Made by a program: the position numbers and the translations under genes | Notes under the pieces: generated by a model | Seen by the model: the letters and a program-made list of their open reading frames with translations, nothing else | Database searches by the model: none | What the model was told of the DNA's origin: nothing | In this document: positions 14,036-23,790 of the stretch, one piece after another | Layout of the letters: every line of letters starts with the position of its first letter | Position numbering within the stretch: position 1 is the first letter of the stretch | NCBI GenBank assembly: GCA_964623005.1 | Contig: CAZURL010000001.1 | Span: forward strand, 1 to 39,234 | Direction: 5' to 3' | Length of the DNA: 39,234 bases | Source of the DNA: an uncultured Spirochaetaceae bacterium | GTDB taxonomy: Bacteria > Spirochaetota > Spirochaetia > Sphaerochaetales > Sphaerochaetaceae

Positions 14036-15889
14036 GTGAATATTCTATCGATTGAGAATCTTGAGAAAACAGTAAAGGATGAACCGCTTTTCGAAGGGGT
14101 ATCTCTTGGCCTTGATGATGGCGAAAAAGTCGGCATTGTCGGAAAGAATGGAACGGGAAAGTCGACATTTCTCAAAACTGTCATTGGACTGATCCCTCCC
14201 GATGAAGGAAAGGTCTCTATACGTTCAGGCTATGATATCTCATACCTAGAGCAGATTGTGGAATATCCTGAGGGGACAACTGTCCATGACTATCTTTTTC
14301 TTGCTGATAGCAGAAAGATAAAAACGCTCCTTGATTACAGAAATGCATTGGAAACTGGAAATGAAAGCCTGTATCAAAAACTATATGAAATAATCGAGAA
14401 GGAAGGACTCTGGGATATCGAGCATAACTATGAAGCCATAATCGACAGTCTTGGAGAGAAGATAGCGCCAGAGCGGCTTATGCATAGCCTTTCCGGGGGA
14501 CAGCAGAAGAAGGTTGCACTGGCAAGAGCGCTTTCGCTTTCTCCTGATATTCTCTTTCTTGATGAACCTACAAACCATTTGGATATCAAATCAATCGAGT
14601 TTCTGGAAAACTGGATTAAGGAAACAAAAGCGTCTGTCATTATTGTCACTCATGACAGGCATATTCTAAACGAATGCTGCACTACAATCTGGGAGCTTGA
14701 TAAGAAACACTTCTACCGACATCCTGGTTCATTTTCATCTTACCTTGAACGGAGAGAAGAGAGGATACGAATGGGCGAAAAGGAGATGGCGCGATTAGAG
14801 ACAATACTGCGACGAGAGCATGAATGGCTTTTGCGTGGGCCAAAAGCTCGTACGGGGAAGGATAAAAACCGTAAAGACCGGATCAAGGAGATGGAAGGAA
14901 AGCTTGAAAAAGTCAGAGATGATAAGCAACAGGCTTTCGCATCAATCGATCGAAGACTCGGCAAGAAGATATTAGACGTTGATGGTATCTCGAAAGCCTA
15001 TGAGGGAAACCTGCTCTTCTCGAATTTTACCTTTTCATTTCAGAAAGGACAGAGAATCGGGCTTATCGGTGAAAATGGGGTTGGTAAGTCTACCCTCCTT
15101 GATATCCTCACAGGGTGCATAGAGCCAGATACTGGAACTATAGACAAAGGCGTTAACACCCACTTTGGATACTATGATCAGCTTGGACGGAATATCATCT
15201 CAGATAAAGGGATCCTTGAATATGCCGAGGATATAGGAAAGCGTGTCCTGCTATCAGATGGCGAAGATGTATCTGCATCAAGATTTCTTGAGCTATTTGG
15301 CTTTCCTGTATCAATGCAGCGTCTTGCTATATCAACATTATCTGGCGGTGAAAGACGAAGGCTTTACCTTATTACGCGTCTTTTATCGAATCCGAACTTC
15401 CTTGTCCTTGATGAGCCGACCAATGATCTTGATCTTGAGACGATGGAAAACCTTGAAAGCTATATCTCCTCTTTTAAGGGTACGGTATTGATTTCCTCTC
15501 ACGATAGGACATTCCTTGATCTTACTGTTGATATGCTTCTTGTCATCAAGGACAAAAAGATAACGCTATTTCCTGGTAATTATACGGATTGGAAGAAAGC
15601 AGAAGGTGACAAGATCATAAAGACCGAAGAGAAGAAGACAGTAGTTCCAAGACAGGTCAGAGAGAAGAAAGGACTGACTTTTAAGGAAAAGAAGGAGAAA
15701 GAATCGATTGAAGCGAGGATGGAAGAGCTTGAAAGCCTTATTTCAACGCTTGAAGAATCCTTCTCCGATCCGCATGAAACAGAGCTTGGTACGCTAAGAG
15801 AAAGAACAATAAGATACGAGAACTCGAAAAACGAACTGGAACAGATTTCTGATAGATGGCTTGAGCTTGCTGAAAAAGAAGAAAGCTGA
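14036..15889 (+). CDS. ABC-F family ATPase (Uup-like, C-terminal coiled coil)
   Basis: Two ABC domains (GKNGTGKST, LSGGQQKK, LFLDEPTNHLD; GENGVGKST, LSGGERRR, LVLDEPTNDLD) and a Lys/Glu-rich C-terminal tail. The GTG at 14036 gives the typical N-terminus (M)NILSIENL; the TTG at 14021 is an alternative. Confidence 0.88.
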   Translation: MNILSIENLEKTVKDEPLFEGVSLGLDDGEKVGIVGKNGTGKSTFLKTVIGLIPPDEGKVSIRSGYDISYLEQIVEYPEGTTVHDYLFLADSRKIKTLLDYRNALETGNESLYQKLYEIIEKEGLWDIEHNYEAIIDSLGEKIAPERLMHSLSGGQQKKVALARALSLSPDILFLDEPTNHLDIKSIEFLENWIKETKASVIIVTHDRHILNECCTTIWELDKKHFYRHPGSFSSYLERREERIRMGEKEMARLETILRREHEWLLRGPKARTGKDKNRKDRIKEMEGKLEKVRDDKQQAFASIDRRLGKKILDVDGISKAYEGNLLFSNFTFSFQKGQRIGLIGENGVGKSTLLDILTGCIEPDTGTIDKGVNTHFGYYDQLGRNIISDKGILEYAEDIGKRVLLSDGEDVSASRFLELFGFPVSMQRLAISTLSGGERRRLYLITRLLSNPNFLVLDEPTNDLDLETMENLESYISSFKGTVLISSHDRTFLDLTVDMLLVIKDKKITLFPGNYTDWKKAEGDKIIKTEEKKTVVPRQVREKKGLTFKEKKEKESIEARMEELESLISTLEESFSDPHETELGTLRERTIRYENSKNELEQISDRWLELAEKEES

Positions 15890-15977
15890 TGTTCGATATT
15901 TGAAAATCCAAAAGGAGAGATTATTCTCAGAACCTATTGAACAAATCAGTTAAAATCGGTATTTTCTTTTAGGAAAT

Positions 15978-16051
15978 GCGCCCTTAGCTCATCTGGATAG
16001 AGCAACTGCCTTCTAAGCAGTAGGTAAAAGGTTCGAGTCCTTTAGGGCGTA
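15978..16051 (+). tRNA. tRNA-Arg (anticodon TCT)
   Basis: Hand-folded cloverleaf: GCGCCCT/AGGGCGT acceptor (G1-U72 wobble), anticodon loop CTTCTAA, T loop TTCGAGT. Confidence 0.9.
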
Positions 16052-16055
16052 AAGG

Positions 16056-16083
16056 ATCCCAGGAAAGCTCTGGGATTTTTTTA
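16056..16083 (+). terminator. intrinsic terminator after tRNA-Arg
   Basis: ATCCCAG-gaaagct-CTGGGAT followed by TTTTTTT. Confidence 0.6.
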
Positions 16084-16208
16084 TTCTTTGCAACTGGAAT
16101 GATAATCATCACTGATAACGCCTTCAAGTTTTATAAACATATCAGACAGAGATCCAATTACAGCGTTTTCTATAGTACAATGAAAGACAGTGCCAAGGAG
16201 AATAGAAT

Positions 16209-17462
16209 ATGTTCAGCGATGAAGAGCTGATAGCATTTTGTCAGGATATTGTAAGAATTCCCAGCATGTCTGGAGAAGAAGAGAATGTTGCAAAGTATAT
16301 ACAGGAGAGGATGCTTTCGCTTGGATTCGATGAAGCGGAAATCGTTGAATACGGCAGCGTCCTTGGATGCATCCATGGAAAGAGAAAAGGCCTCAATATC
16401 CTGATGGATGGACATATCGATACTGTTCCTGTCATTGATCGCGATAAATGGGCGCATGACCCATTCTCTGCTGCGATCGAGGATGGAAGGATCTATGGCA
16501 GGGGTACTTCCGACATGAAGGGAAGCGATGCTGCGATGATTGCGGCTGCGGCGCGTTTCGCAGAAGAGACCAAGCATGACTTTGCTGGCAGCATCTATGT
16601 CTCATGCACCGTCCATGAGGAATGCTTTGAAGGAGTATCCTCTAGAGTCATCTCGTCCCTTGCGAAGCCTGACTTCGTAATCATCGGAGAGGCTACGTCC
16701 ACGACGGTAAAGATCGGGCAGAGAGGAAGAGCGGAAGTCATCGTAGAGACAGAGGGGGTAAGTTGTCATTCCTCGAATCCGGGAAAGGGAAAGAATGCGG
16801 TTTACCATATGATGACGGTCATCGATGAGATCCAGAAGATCGTTCCGAATGAGCATCCGATACTGGGCAAAGGGATTCTTGAGCTGACTGACATCAAGAG
16901 CTTCCCCTACCCTGGCGCCTCTGTTGTTCCATCGCTGTGCCGTGCAACTTTTGACAGAAGGACGCTTGTCGGAGAGGATGAGCAGGTGGTTCTTTCACAG
17001 ATCGAAGAGGCAATCGGGAGAGCGATGAGGAGGAACCCCGATATAAAAGCAAGGTGTTATATCGCAGAGGGAGAGGAAAAGTGCTGGACAGGAGAGACGA
17101 TCAGGGCAAAGCGCTATTTTCCAGCCTGGCTGACAGATGAGAATAATGAATTGGTGCAGAAAGCGCTTGCAGGGTTGAAGGAAGCTGGAATAGACGCTGC
17201 GATATCCCACTTCGATTTCTGCACAAACGGCAGTCACTTTGCCGGGGAGAAAGGCATTCCGTGCATTGGCTATGGCCCATCTCTTGAAGAGCTTGCCCAT
17301 GTCAGAGACGAGTACATTGAAACAGAGCAACTTATTAAAGCTGCAAAAGGTTTTCAATCCATGCTAAGAAAGCTGATGGTATACGATAATACACCCAGAA
17401 TCCTTAGCAATATAAAGCATATACAAAGCAAATTGATATCAAAACTATTTGAAAAGCAATGA
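16209..17462 (+). CDS. M20 family metallohydrolase (YgeY/ArgE/DapE-like)
   Basis: MDGHIDTV, GRGTSDMKG and HEE motifs. AAGGAGA RBS 8 nt upstream of the ATG. Confidence 0.85.
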   Translation: MFSDEELIAFCQDIVRIPSMSGEEENVAKYIQERMLSLGFDEAEIVEYGSVLGCIHGKRKGLNILMDGHIDTVPVIDRDKWAHDPFSAAIEDGRIYGRGTSDMKGSDAAMIAAAARFAEETKHDFAGSIYVSCTVHEECFEGVSSRVISSLAKPDFVIIGEATSTTVKIGQRGRAEVIVETEGVSCHSSNPGKGKNAVYHMMTVIDEIQKIVPNEHPILGKGILELTDIKSFPYPGASVVPSLCRATFDRRTLVGEDEQVVLSQIEEAIGRAMRRNPDIKARCYIAEGEEKCWTGETIRAKRYFPAWLTDENNELVQKALAGLKEAGIDAAISHFDFCTNGSHFAGEKGIPCIGYGPSLEELAHVRDEYIETEQLIKAAKGFQSMLRKLMVYDNTPRILSNIKHIQSKLISKLFEKQ

Positions 17463-17697
17463 TAACTATTAAATACATGTATCATTTAAAGAGAAATTTG
17501 CAATAACAAATTTTATGAAAGTCATTATTCTTTCCAGCCAATAGTGTTTCCAACAATGGCAGCGGTAATTCCATAACCTTCATAAGGCTCAAGACAAAGA
17601 TATGGCTTATGGGGTTCATAAAAACTTATCAAGGAATATTTCACTATACGATATTTCGCCAATTGACTAAGTTGCCATTAAATAAAAAGAATAGGAC

Positions 17698-18483
17698 ATG
17701 GAAAAGATAACTGATGTTCATGCTCATTATGATGAGGTTGCCTTTGATAATGATCGAAAAGAGATTCTGTCAAATCTTAACAGATCCGGCGTCAGCTTCA
17801 TAATCAATTCTGGATCCGACATTCCATCATCTGAACGATCTCTGAAACTTGCACATGATTTTGACTTCGTTTATGCCTCTGTCGGTGTTTTTCCTCTCTC
17901 TGCATATAATTTACCTTCCAATTGGTTGCAGACAATAAAAAGTCTTGCTTCTGATCCAAAAGTAGTTGCAATAGGAGAAATAGGACTCGATTACCACGAA
18001 CCAGATGCAGATAGAAACGCCCAGAAAAAGGTATTTCGCGACCAGCTGGATCTTGCCATAGATTTAAACATGCCGGTCGTGATACATGACAGAGATGCAG
18101 ATGAGGATGTCCTTGAGGAACTTAGCAAAAGAAAAGTAAAAGGGATGATTCATCGTTTCTTCAGTAAGGCAGAATACGGTAAAGCTTTTCTCGATATGGA
18201 AATATATCTGGGAATCGGGCCTGCGATAACATATAGCAATGCATCAGAATTAATCAAAACGGTTGAAATGATGGATTTATCAAAACTTCTTCTCGAAACC
18301 GATGCGCCTTTTCTGCCTTCGAAAAAACGCGAAGGCATGCGAGCTGACTCTTCTGACATAATCGATGTGGTCTCGACGATTTCTTCTGTAAAGGGAATTT
18401 CGGAAGAAATAGTTATTGATAACGCATACCAAAATGCCATTTCGCTCTTTGGAATCAAGAGCAAAGGGGGATTTTATGAGTAA
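17698..18483 (+). CDS. TatD family hydrolase
   Basis: DVHAHYDE start, GEIGLDY, VVIHDRDA and ETDAPFL motifs. Confidence 0.88.
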   Translation: MEKITDVHAHYDEVAFDNDRKEILSNLNRSGVSFIINSGSDIPSSERSLKLAHDFDFVYASVGVFPLSAYNLPSNWLQTIKSLASDPKVVAIGEIGLDYHEPDADRNAQKKVFRDQLDLAIDLNMPVVIHDRDADEDVLEELSKRKVKGMIHRFFSKAEYGKAFLDMEIYLGIGPAITYSNASELIKTVEMMDLSKLLLETDAPFLPSKKREGMRADSSDIIDVVSTISSVKGISEEIVIDNAYQNAISLFGIKSKGGFYE

Positions 18484-19810
18484 TTTTCTGGATCGTACTT
18501 TTCATCTGAAAGAACGTAATTCAACAGTCGCAACGGAACTCATCGGAGGAGCGACAACATTTGCTACTATGGCATATATCCTCGCATATATGACGTCTGC
18601 AATGTCGGCTGTTCCGGGGATAGACCTTACCGGAGTGCTTCTATGTACTGCATTCGTAACGGCTATTTCGACAATTGCGCTCGGATTGATTTCCAATACA
18701 CCGATTGTTCTTGCACCTGTCCTTGTAATTCCAAATCTTGTCGCAGCAATGGTTGCAGATGGAACAGCAACTTATGCAACAGCATTCGGTACTGTGGCAA
18801 TATCTGGAATAATTTTCCTCCTAATATCCGTTTTTAAACTCCGAACCCTATTTGCAGAATGCCTTCCTAAAAACATCAAAATCGGCATCGGTGGTGCAGT
18901 AGGTTTTCTAATAGCCCGAATTGGTCTCAACTCTTGTGGTCTTTTAACACCATCATTAAGCGGTTTTGCAGACCTTTCTATACCATCTGTAAAGCTTAGT
19001 GTTATCAGTCTTGTTATAGCGCTCTTTCTTTCTTATGTGCAATTTGATATCGGTGGTAGAAAATACAAGGTAAGAGGTGCTCTTCTAATTTCAATAATAA
19101 TCACGACGATTATTGGAATTCCAATGGGCGTAGTTACCCTTCCATCTTCACCGTTCACATCCGGAGCAATCACATCAATGGCTAATGTCGCTTTCCAAGT
19201 CGATATTCTTGGCGCTCTGCGTCTTCAATTTGTTCCATTTATTCTGATGCTTCTCATAAATGATTTCTTTGGAACGCTGGGAACTGGTTTGGCTATGGCT
19301 AACAAGGCTAATCTTCTTGATGAAAACGGGAACTTCCCTGCTTTCAGTAAAGTCTTTCTTGTAGATGCATCTGCAACAATATTCGGTTCGCTTTTCGGGA
19401 TAACGACTGTCAGTAGTTTTGCAGAGTCCGCTGCAGGTATTGAATCTGGTAGCAGAACAGGACTTTCCAATCTATCTACGGCATTTTTCTTCCTGCTTTG
19501 TATGTTCTTTGCCCCAGTATTCCTGATGATTCCAGGAGCAGCAACTGGTGCAGCTCTCGTTGTTGTCGGAATCTCTATGATTGAGACATTGAAGGATGTT
19601 GATTTTACGCCGGTAGAATTTCTTCCTGTTGCAGTAATGCTTCTTGTAACAGCGTATGCTTCCGATTACGTCGGAGGAATAGCGCTTGGAATGTTCACTT
19701 ACATCGTTATAAGTGTCATTAGAAGTATCCTGAAACGTGATGTATCGTTAATTCCTAGATGGCCAGCTTGGGCACTTGGAGTAATGATGGCGCTTTATTT
19801 TATCCTGTAA
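18476..19810 (+). CDS. NCS2 family purine permease (AzgA/PbuG-like)
   Basis: MSNFLDRTFHLKERNSTVATELIGGATTFATMAYI is the typical N-terminus and the protein is polytopic. AAGGGGG precedes the ATG at 18476. 8-nt overlap with tatD. Confidence 0.88.
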   Translation: MSNFLDRTFHLKERNSTVATELIGGATTFATMAYILAYMTSAMSAVPGIDLTGVLLCTAFVTAISTIALGLISNTPIVLAPVLVIPNLVAAMVADGTATYATAFGTVAISGIIFLLISVFKLRTLFAECLPKNIKIGIGGAVGFLIARIGLNSCGLLTPSLSGFADLSIPSVKLSVISLVIALFLSYVQFDIGGRKYKVRGALLISIIITTIIGIPMGVVTLPSSPFTSGAITSMANVAFQVDILGALRLQFVPFILMLLINDFFGTLGTGLAMANKANLLDENGNFPAFSKVFLVDASATIFGSLFGITTVSSFAESAAGIESGSRTGLSNLSTAFFFLLCMFFAPVFLMIPGAATGAALVVVGISMIETLKDVDFTPVEFLPVAVMLLVTAYASDYVGGIALGMFTYIVISVIRSILKRDVSLIPRWPAWALGVMMALYFIL

Positions 19811-20968
19811 TCAGGATAGCCTGTCCCGGACAAGATTTACAAGGTATTCAACCCCGTAACCCAAGGCGTCCTCATCCATCAGATAATTACTGTTATGGTG
19901 GGGGAATGAACAACCATTACTACCTGCTCCGAGTTCAATAAAGAATCCGGGGCAGTTCTTTTCTAAAGCGGAAAAATCTTCTCCCGGCATAAGTGGGTCA
20001 ATGTCCAGAACAGCATCTTTGCCAAAAGTTCTCTCAACGATATTGCGACTATTTTCCGTTAGGATCTTGTCATTTACGACGGATGCATAGCCAAGAGAGA
20101 AAACAACCTCTGCCTTCCCTCCGTGAGCCTCAGCAATCGATGATGATATCTTGTTGATTCTTTCAGGAAGAGATTTCCTTGTCTCATCACTGAATGTTCT
20201 TGTTGATCCTGTGAGTGTAACCGTATCTGGAATTATATTATAAGCTGAGCCTCCGTTTACCATGCATATTGAAAGCACAGCAGGTTCAACAGCCTTAATT
20301 GAGCGCGAGACGATTGTCTGCAAAGCCGTAATAACCTCTCCTGCTATAACAACAGGATCAACAACAGATTCAGGATATGCGGAATGTCCCCCCTTTCCAT
20401 GTATTGTTATATCAAAACGATCAGTGGCACTTGTAAGATATCCTTGGCGTATACCGAAGACGCCTGTTGGGAAAAGAGATGAAAGATGGAGTCCATAGAC
20501 CTCATCAACGCCTTTCATCACCCCAGCTTTCTCCATTTCCTCCGCTCCCCCGGGAGGCAGTTCCTCTGCATGCTGGAAGATAAAACGAACTTCACCAGCT
20601 AATCTGGATTGCTCTTGAGCTAAGATTTTCAGTGCTGCAAGTTGCATTGCAGTATGTCCGTCATGTCCACAAGCATGCATAATACCTTTGTTTTGAGACG
20701 AAAAAGAAAGTCCTGTCTTCTCTTCAATGGGAAGCGCATCAATATCTGCGCGGAGTGCAATGGTACGCCCTGGCTTAGCTCCAATTAATGTCGCAATTAG
20801 ACCAGTCTTACATGGACGTGTAATTTTTATTCCATCAATATCTTTTAAGACACTGAGGATAAAATCTGTAGTTTTATACTCTTCAAACGAGAGCTCTGGA
20901 TGCTTATGTATCTCCCTTCTCCAGTTGATGCACATAGGAAGAATTTCATTGACTTTATCTGAGAACAT
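19811..20968 (-). CDS. M20D amidohydrolase (N-acyl-amino-acid/hippurate hydrolase-like)
   Basis: WRREIHKHPELSFEE, MHACGHDGH and FQHAEE motifs. Confidence 0.88.
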   Translation of the reverse strand: MFSDKVNEILPMCINWRREIHKHPELSFEEYKTTDFILSVLKDIDGIKITRPCKTGLIATLIGAKPGRTIALRADIDALPIEEKTGLSFSSQNKGIMHACGHDGHTAMQLAALKILAQEQSRLAGEVRFIFQHAEELPPGGAEEMEKAGVMKGVDEVYGLHLSSLFPTGVFGIRQGYLTSATDRFDITIHGKGGHSAYPESVVDPVVIAGEVITALQTIVSRSIKAVEPAVLSICMVNGGSAYNIIPDTVTLTGSTRTFSDETRKSLPERINKISSSIAEAHGGKAEVVFSLGYASVVNDKILTENSRNIVERTFGKDAVLDIDPLMPGEDFSALEKNCPGFFIELGAGSNGCSFPHHNSNYLMDEDALGYGVEYLVNLVRDRLS

Positions 20969-21423
20969 AAATATTTCCTCAATTCATTTTATCCAATATC
21001 CTGACTTCTATTGGAGGAGAATAATGATAAAGCACATCTAATCAGAAACACTAGATAACTCTTTTTCTCAGACGTACTTCACTGCAAAAAGCTCCATTTC
21101 AATAATATCATATCGAAGCGTGATGTACATCTCTATCTAGGTCGTCCTGTAATGATTCTATGGGGGCGACGCCTTTGAATGTATGTTCTATTTTTCTGTT
21201 CCTGAGCAGTTTTATCAACCGCATCTCATTTTTGTACTCACAACGAAAATATCGCCATCATCATAGAATCTATTTTCAGTAATCTCATATTGATAAACCT
21301 TTATTTCTGCGTTTCTGTCTGATATCCATTAGACCCTACCTTGCGTTTTACACCATCGCAGATGAAAATCCCGCCGTTTCAATTTCATGGATAATAACTT
21401 TGATTGATTGTCGAATCTTAATG

Positions 21424-21456
21424 AAAAAATAGGTAACCCATTTAAGCGCTACCTAT
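21424..21456 (-). terminator. intrinsic terminator after tRNA-Leu
   Basis: Minus strand ATAGGTA-14 nt-TACCTAT followed by TTTTTT. Confidence 0.55.
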
Positions 21457-21487
21457 CATGTCTTTTATAAAGATAAAACTGTACTTA

Positions 21488-21571
21488 TGCGGTCGACTGG
21501 ACTTGAACCAGCATAGCCTCTCGACCACTAGCACCTCAAGCTAGCGTGTCTACCAATTCCACCACGACCGC
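21488..21571 (-). tRNA. tRNA-Leu (anticodon GAG), class II long variable arm
   Basis: Hand-folded: GCGGTCG/CGACCGC acceptor, anticodon loop TTGAGGT, 15-nt variable arm, T loop TTCAAGT. Confidence 0.9.
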
Positions 21572-21587
21572 GTATCGGCACTGTGAT

Positions 21588-21616
21588 AACCTACAACTTT
21601 TACTTTCTTTCGTCAA
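21588..21616 (-). promoter_or_regulatory. possible promoter of tRNA-Leu
   Basis: Minus strand TTGACG-17 nt-TAGGTT, ending 16 nt before the tRNA 5' end. The -10 element is weak. Confidence 0.3.
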
Positions 21617-21672
21617 CTGTTTAGAAAAATAAATTTTAAAAAGTTTTCAATTATCTACAGCGCAAAAAATTA

Positions 21673-22692
21673 CTAAAGCAGTGGTGAGTCATGCTCCTTT
21701 GCCTCTGCACGAGCCTCATCTGTCCATACCGAGGCTTGAACCTCTCCAATGTGTGCCTTATGAAGCAGGAACATGCAAAGCCTAGATTGACCGATCCCTC
21801 CCCCAATTGTCTCGGGGTATTCTCCGTTCAAAAGGCGTTTATGCCAATAAAGATCACGCCTTTCCATGCACCCTCTGATATCAAGCTGTCTGATCAGTGC
21901 ATTTGCATCAACACGGATACCCATGCTCGAAAGCTCCAGTGAATCCTGTCGCACTGTATCCCATACGATAATATCTCCATTAAGACCATTGTGGCGTGAA
22001 TCAGTCGGTGTTGACCAATCATCATAATCAGGAGCACGGCCAGAGTGTGGAGGATTGCCATAGCCTATTCCAATAAGGAAGATAGCGCCATAACGCCTTG
22101 CAAGTTCCTTTTCCCTCTCCTGAGATGAAAGCGATGGAAACTCTGCTGCAACATCTTCGGAATACACAAAAGTAATATCCTCCGGAAGCGTGTCGTGAAT
22201 CTTCGGAAAATCCTCTGAGATAAGAAAAGCTGTGCGTTTGATTGCTGAGTAAATTGTCCTAACCGTTGACTTGAGATATTCGATATTCCTCTCTTCTGGG
22301 CTTATCACCTTCTCCCAGTCCCATTGATCAACATAAATAGAGTGCACAGCATCGATATCATCATCTGGACGTAGCGCATTCATATCCGTATAGATACCTC
22401 TGCCATGTTCGATTTTATAATCGGCAAGAGCCATTCTCTTCCATTTTGCAAGGGACTGGATAATCTCCATATGCCTAGAATCAAGATTCTTCACGGTGAA
22501 TCTGACAGGATTCTCAACCCCGTTAAGATCATCGTTTATGCCGGAATCCGACGGAACAAACAAAGGCGACGTCACTCTTGAAAGACGCAGTGATCCAGAT
22601 AACTCCCTTTCGAATGTATCTTTTGCGGTTTTGATTGCCTTCTCGGTCTCTCGTTGTCCAAGTATTGGCTTATATCCTTCTGGGAAAAACAT
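21673..22692 (-). CDS. asnA: aspartate-ammonia ligase (asparagine synthetase A)
   Basis: 339 aa with the class-II aaRS-like AsnA pattern (RVTSPLF, SIYVDQWDWEKVI, GGGIGQSRLCMFLL). Confidence 0.92.
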   Translation of the reverse strand: MFFPEGYKPILGQRETEKAIKTAKDTFERELSGSLRLSRVTSPLFVPSDSGINDDLNGVENPVRFTVKNLDSRHMEIIQSLAKWKRMALADYKIEHGRGIYTDMNALRPDDDIDAVHSIYVDQWDWEKVISPEERNIEYLKSTVRTIYSAIKRTAFLISEDFPKIHDTLPEDITFVYSEDVAAEFPSLSSQEREKELARRYGAIFLIGIGYGNPPHSGRAPDYDDWSTPTDSRHNGLNGDIIVWDTVRQDSLELSSMGIRVDANALIRQLDIRGCMERRDLYWHKRLLNGEYPETIGGGIGQSRLCMFLLHKAHIGEVQASVWTDEARAEAKEHDSPLL

Positions 22693-22770
22693 ATACCCTC
22701 CAATTATTGACTCTTTTCATGATATCTGCTTACTTAATAGAGTTTCAACAAAAATCAGAAGGGAATTAAA

Positions 22771-23223
22771 ATGAAAGAATCGGGTTTCTTTGCTGAATTT
22801 CGAAAATTCATTTCACGCGGCAATGTAATGGACATGGCAGTAGGTATTGTCGTCGGTTCATCCTTCACGGCAATTGTCAATTCACTTGTAAATGACATCA
22901 TTATGCCTGTTGTTGGACTATTAACAGGCGGTATCGACTTCAAGCATTTTCGAATTGTACTGAAAGCAGAGACGGAAACTACGCCTGAAGTTGCAATCTA
23001 TTATGGCGTATTCATCAATGCTGTAATCAGTTTTCTTATTGTATCACTTGCAATATTCTGTTTTATCAAAGCCTTGAACAAACTTAAAGACAATGCTGAA
23101 AAAAGGAAGAAGGAAGAGGAAAAGGAAAAAGAAGCAGAAACAAAGATCGAAGAAGCAACGCCAGAACCCCCTTCAGAAGAAGTTGTGCTCCTTACAGAAA
23201 TCCGAGATCTTCTCAAAAAGTAA
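22771..23223 (+). CDS. mscL: large-conductance mechanosensitive channel
   Basis: [40 protein letters not shown] is the canonical MscL N-terminus. Two TM segments and a charged C-terminal tail. Confidence 0.92.
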   Translation: MKESGFFAEFRKFISRGNVMDMAVGIVVGSSFTAIVNSLVNDIIMPVVGLLTGGIDFKHFRIVLKAETETTPEVAIYYGVFINAVISFLIVSLAIFCFIKALNKLKDNAEKRKKEEEKEKEAETKIEEATPEPPSEEVVLLTEIRDLLKK

Positions 23224-23224
23224 G

Positions 23225-23250
23225 AGGGTGGAAATCCACCCTTATTCTTT
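23225..23250. terminator. hairpin between convergent mscL and DJ-1 genes
   Basis: AGGGTGG-aaat-CCACCCT followed by TATTCTTT. Overlaps the DJ-1 stop codon region. Confidence 0.55.
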
Positions 23251-23790
23251 ATAGTATATAGCTTTTCTTACTTTCTCGCTCTCATCCTTACCTTTAAGGA
23301 TCTCAACAATCTTGAGGCCAAGGTCAAAAGCCCATCCAGCGCTCTTTCCCGTAACTATGTTTCCATCAACTACAACGCCATCAGAGAGGAAATCAACAGT
23401 AGGAGCATATGATTCGCAGCCCGGAAAGCAGGTAGCATTCCGACCGTTGAGAAGACCAAGCTGAGCAAGAACCACTGCAGGAGACGCGCATATTGCGGCA
23501 ATGATTGCCTTTTCTGCATTCTGAACGATTATTTCATTCACCTTCCAAGACTGAGCAAGATTCACTGCACCTGGCATACCTCCCGGACAGAAGATACAGC
23601 ACCATTCATCATTGCTATTTACTTCATCAACAGTTACATCTGCCTCAACAATAACCCCATGGGACGATTTGATTTCCTTTGAGCCGACACCTGCAAGAAC
23701 AACATCGATTCCTGCTCTTTTCAATACATCAACCGGACAGATTGCCTCTGCTTCCTCAAAACCTTGAGCAAGGAAAACAAGCGCTTTCAT
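23242..23790 (-). CDS. DJ-1/PfpI family protein
   Basis: 182 aa. Nucleophile-elbow Cys in AAICASPAVVL and the typical GFEEAEA N-terminal motif. Confidence 0.88.
   Translation of the reverse strand: MKALVFLAQGFEEAEAICPVDVLKRAGIDVVLAGVGSKEIKSSHGVIVEADVTVDEVNSNDEWCCIFCPGGMPGAVNLAQSWKVNEIIVQNAEKAIIAAICASPAVVLAQLGLLNGRNATCFPGCESYAPTVDFLSDGVVVDGNIVTGKSAGWAFDLGLKIVEILKGKDESEKVRKAIYYKE

Noticed and set aside
9812-16100. A classical tRNA-targeted genomic island around tRNA-Val and tRNA-Arg.
   Set aside because: The low-GC module lies 5' of tRNA-Val rather than at its 3' end. Genes after both tRNAs are ordinary housekeeping types, and there are no integrase, transposase or direct-repeat boundaries.
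17520-17655. A minus-strand open segment of about 43 codons (...LAKYRIVKYSLISFYEPHKPYLCLEPYEGYGITAAIVGNTIGWKE*) between the YgeY-like gene and tatD.
   Set aside because: It has no ATG, no RBS and no recognisable family, and it is too short to separate from chance. It may be a gene fragment, but this cannot be supported.
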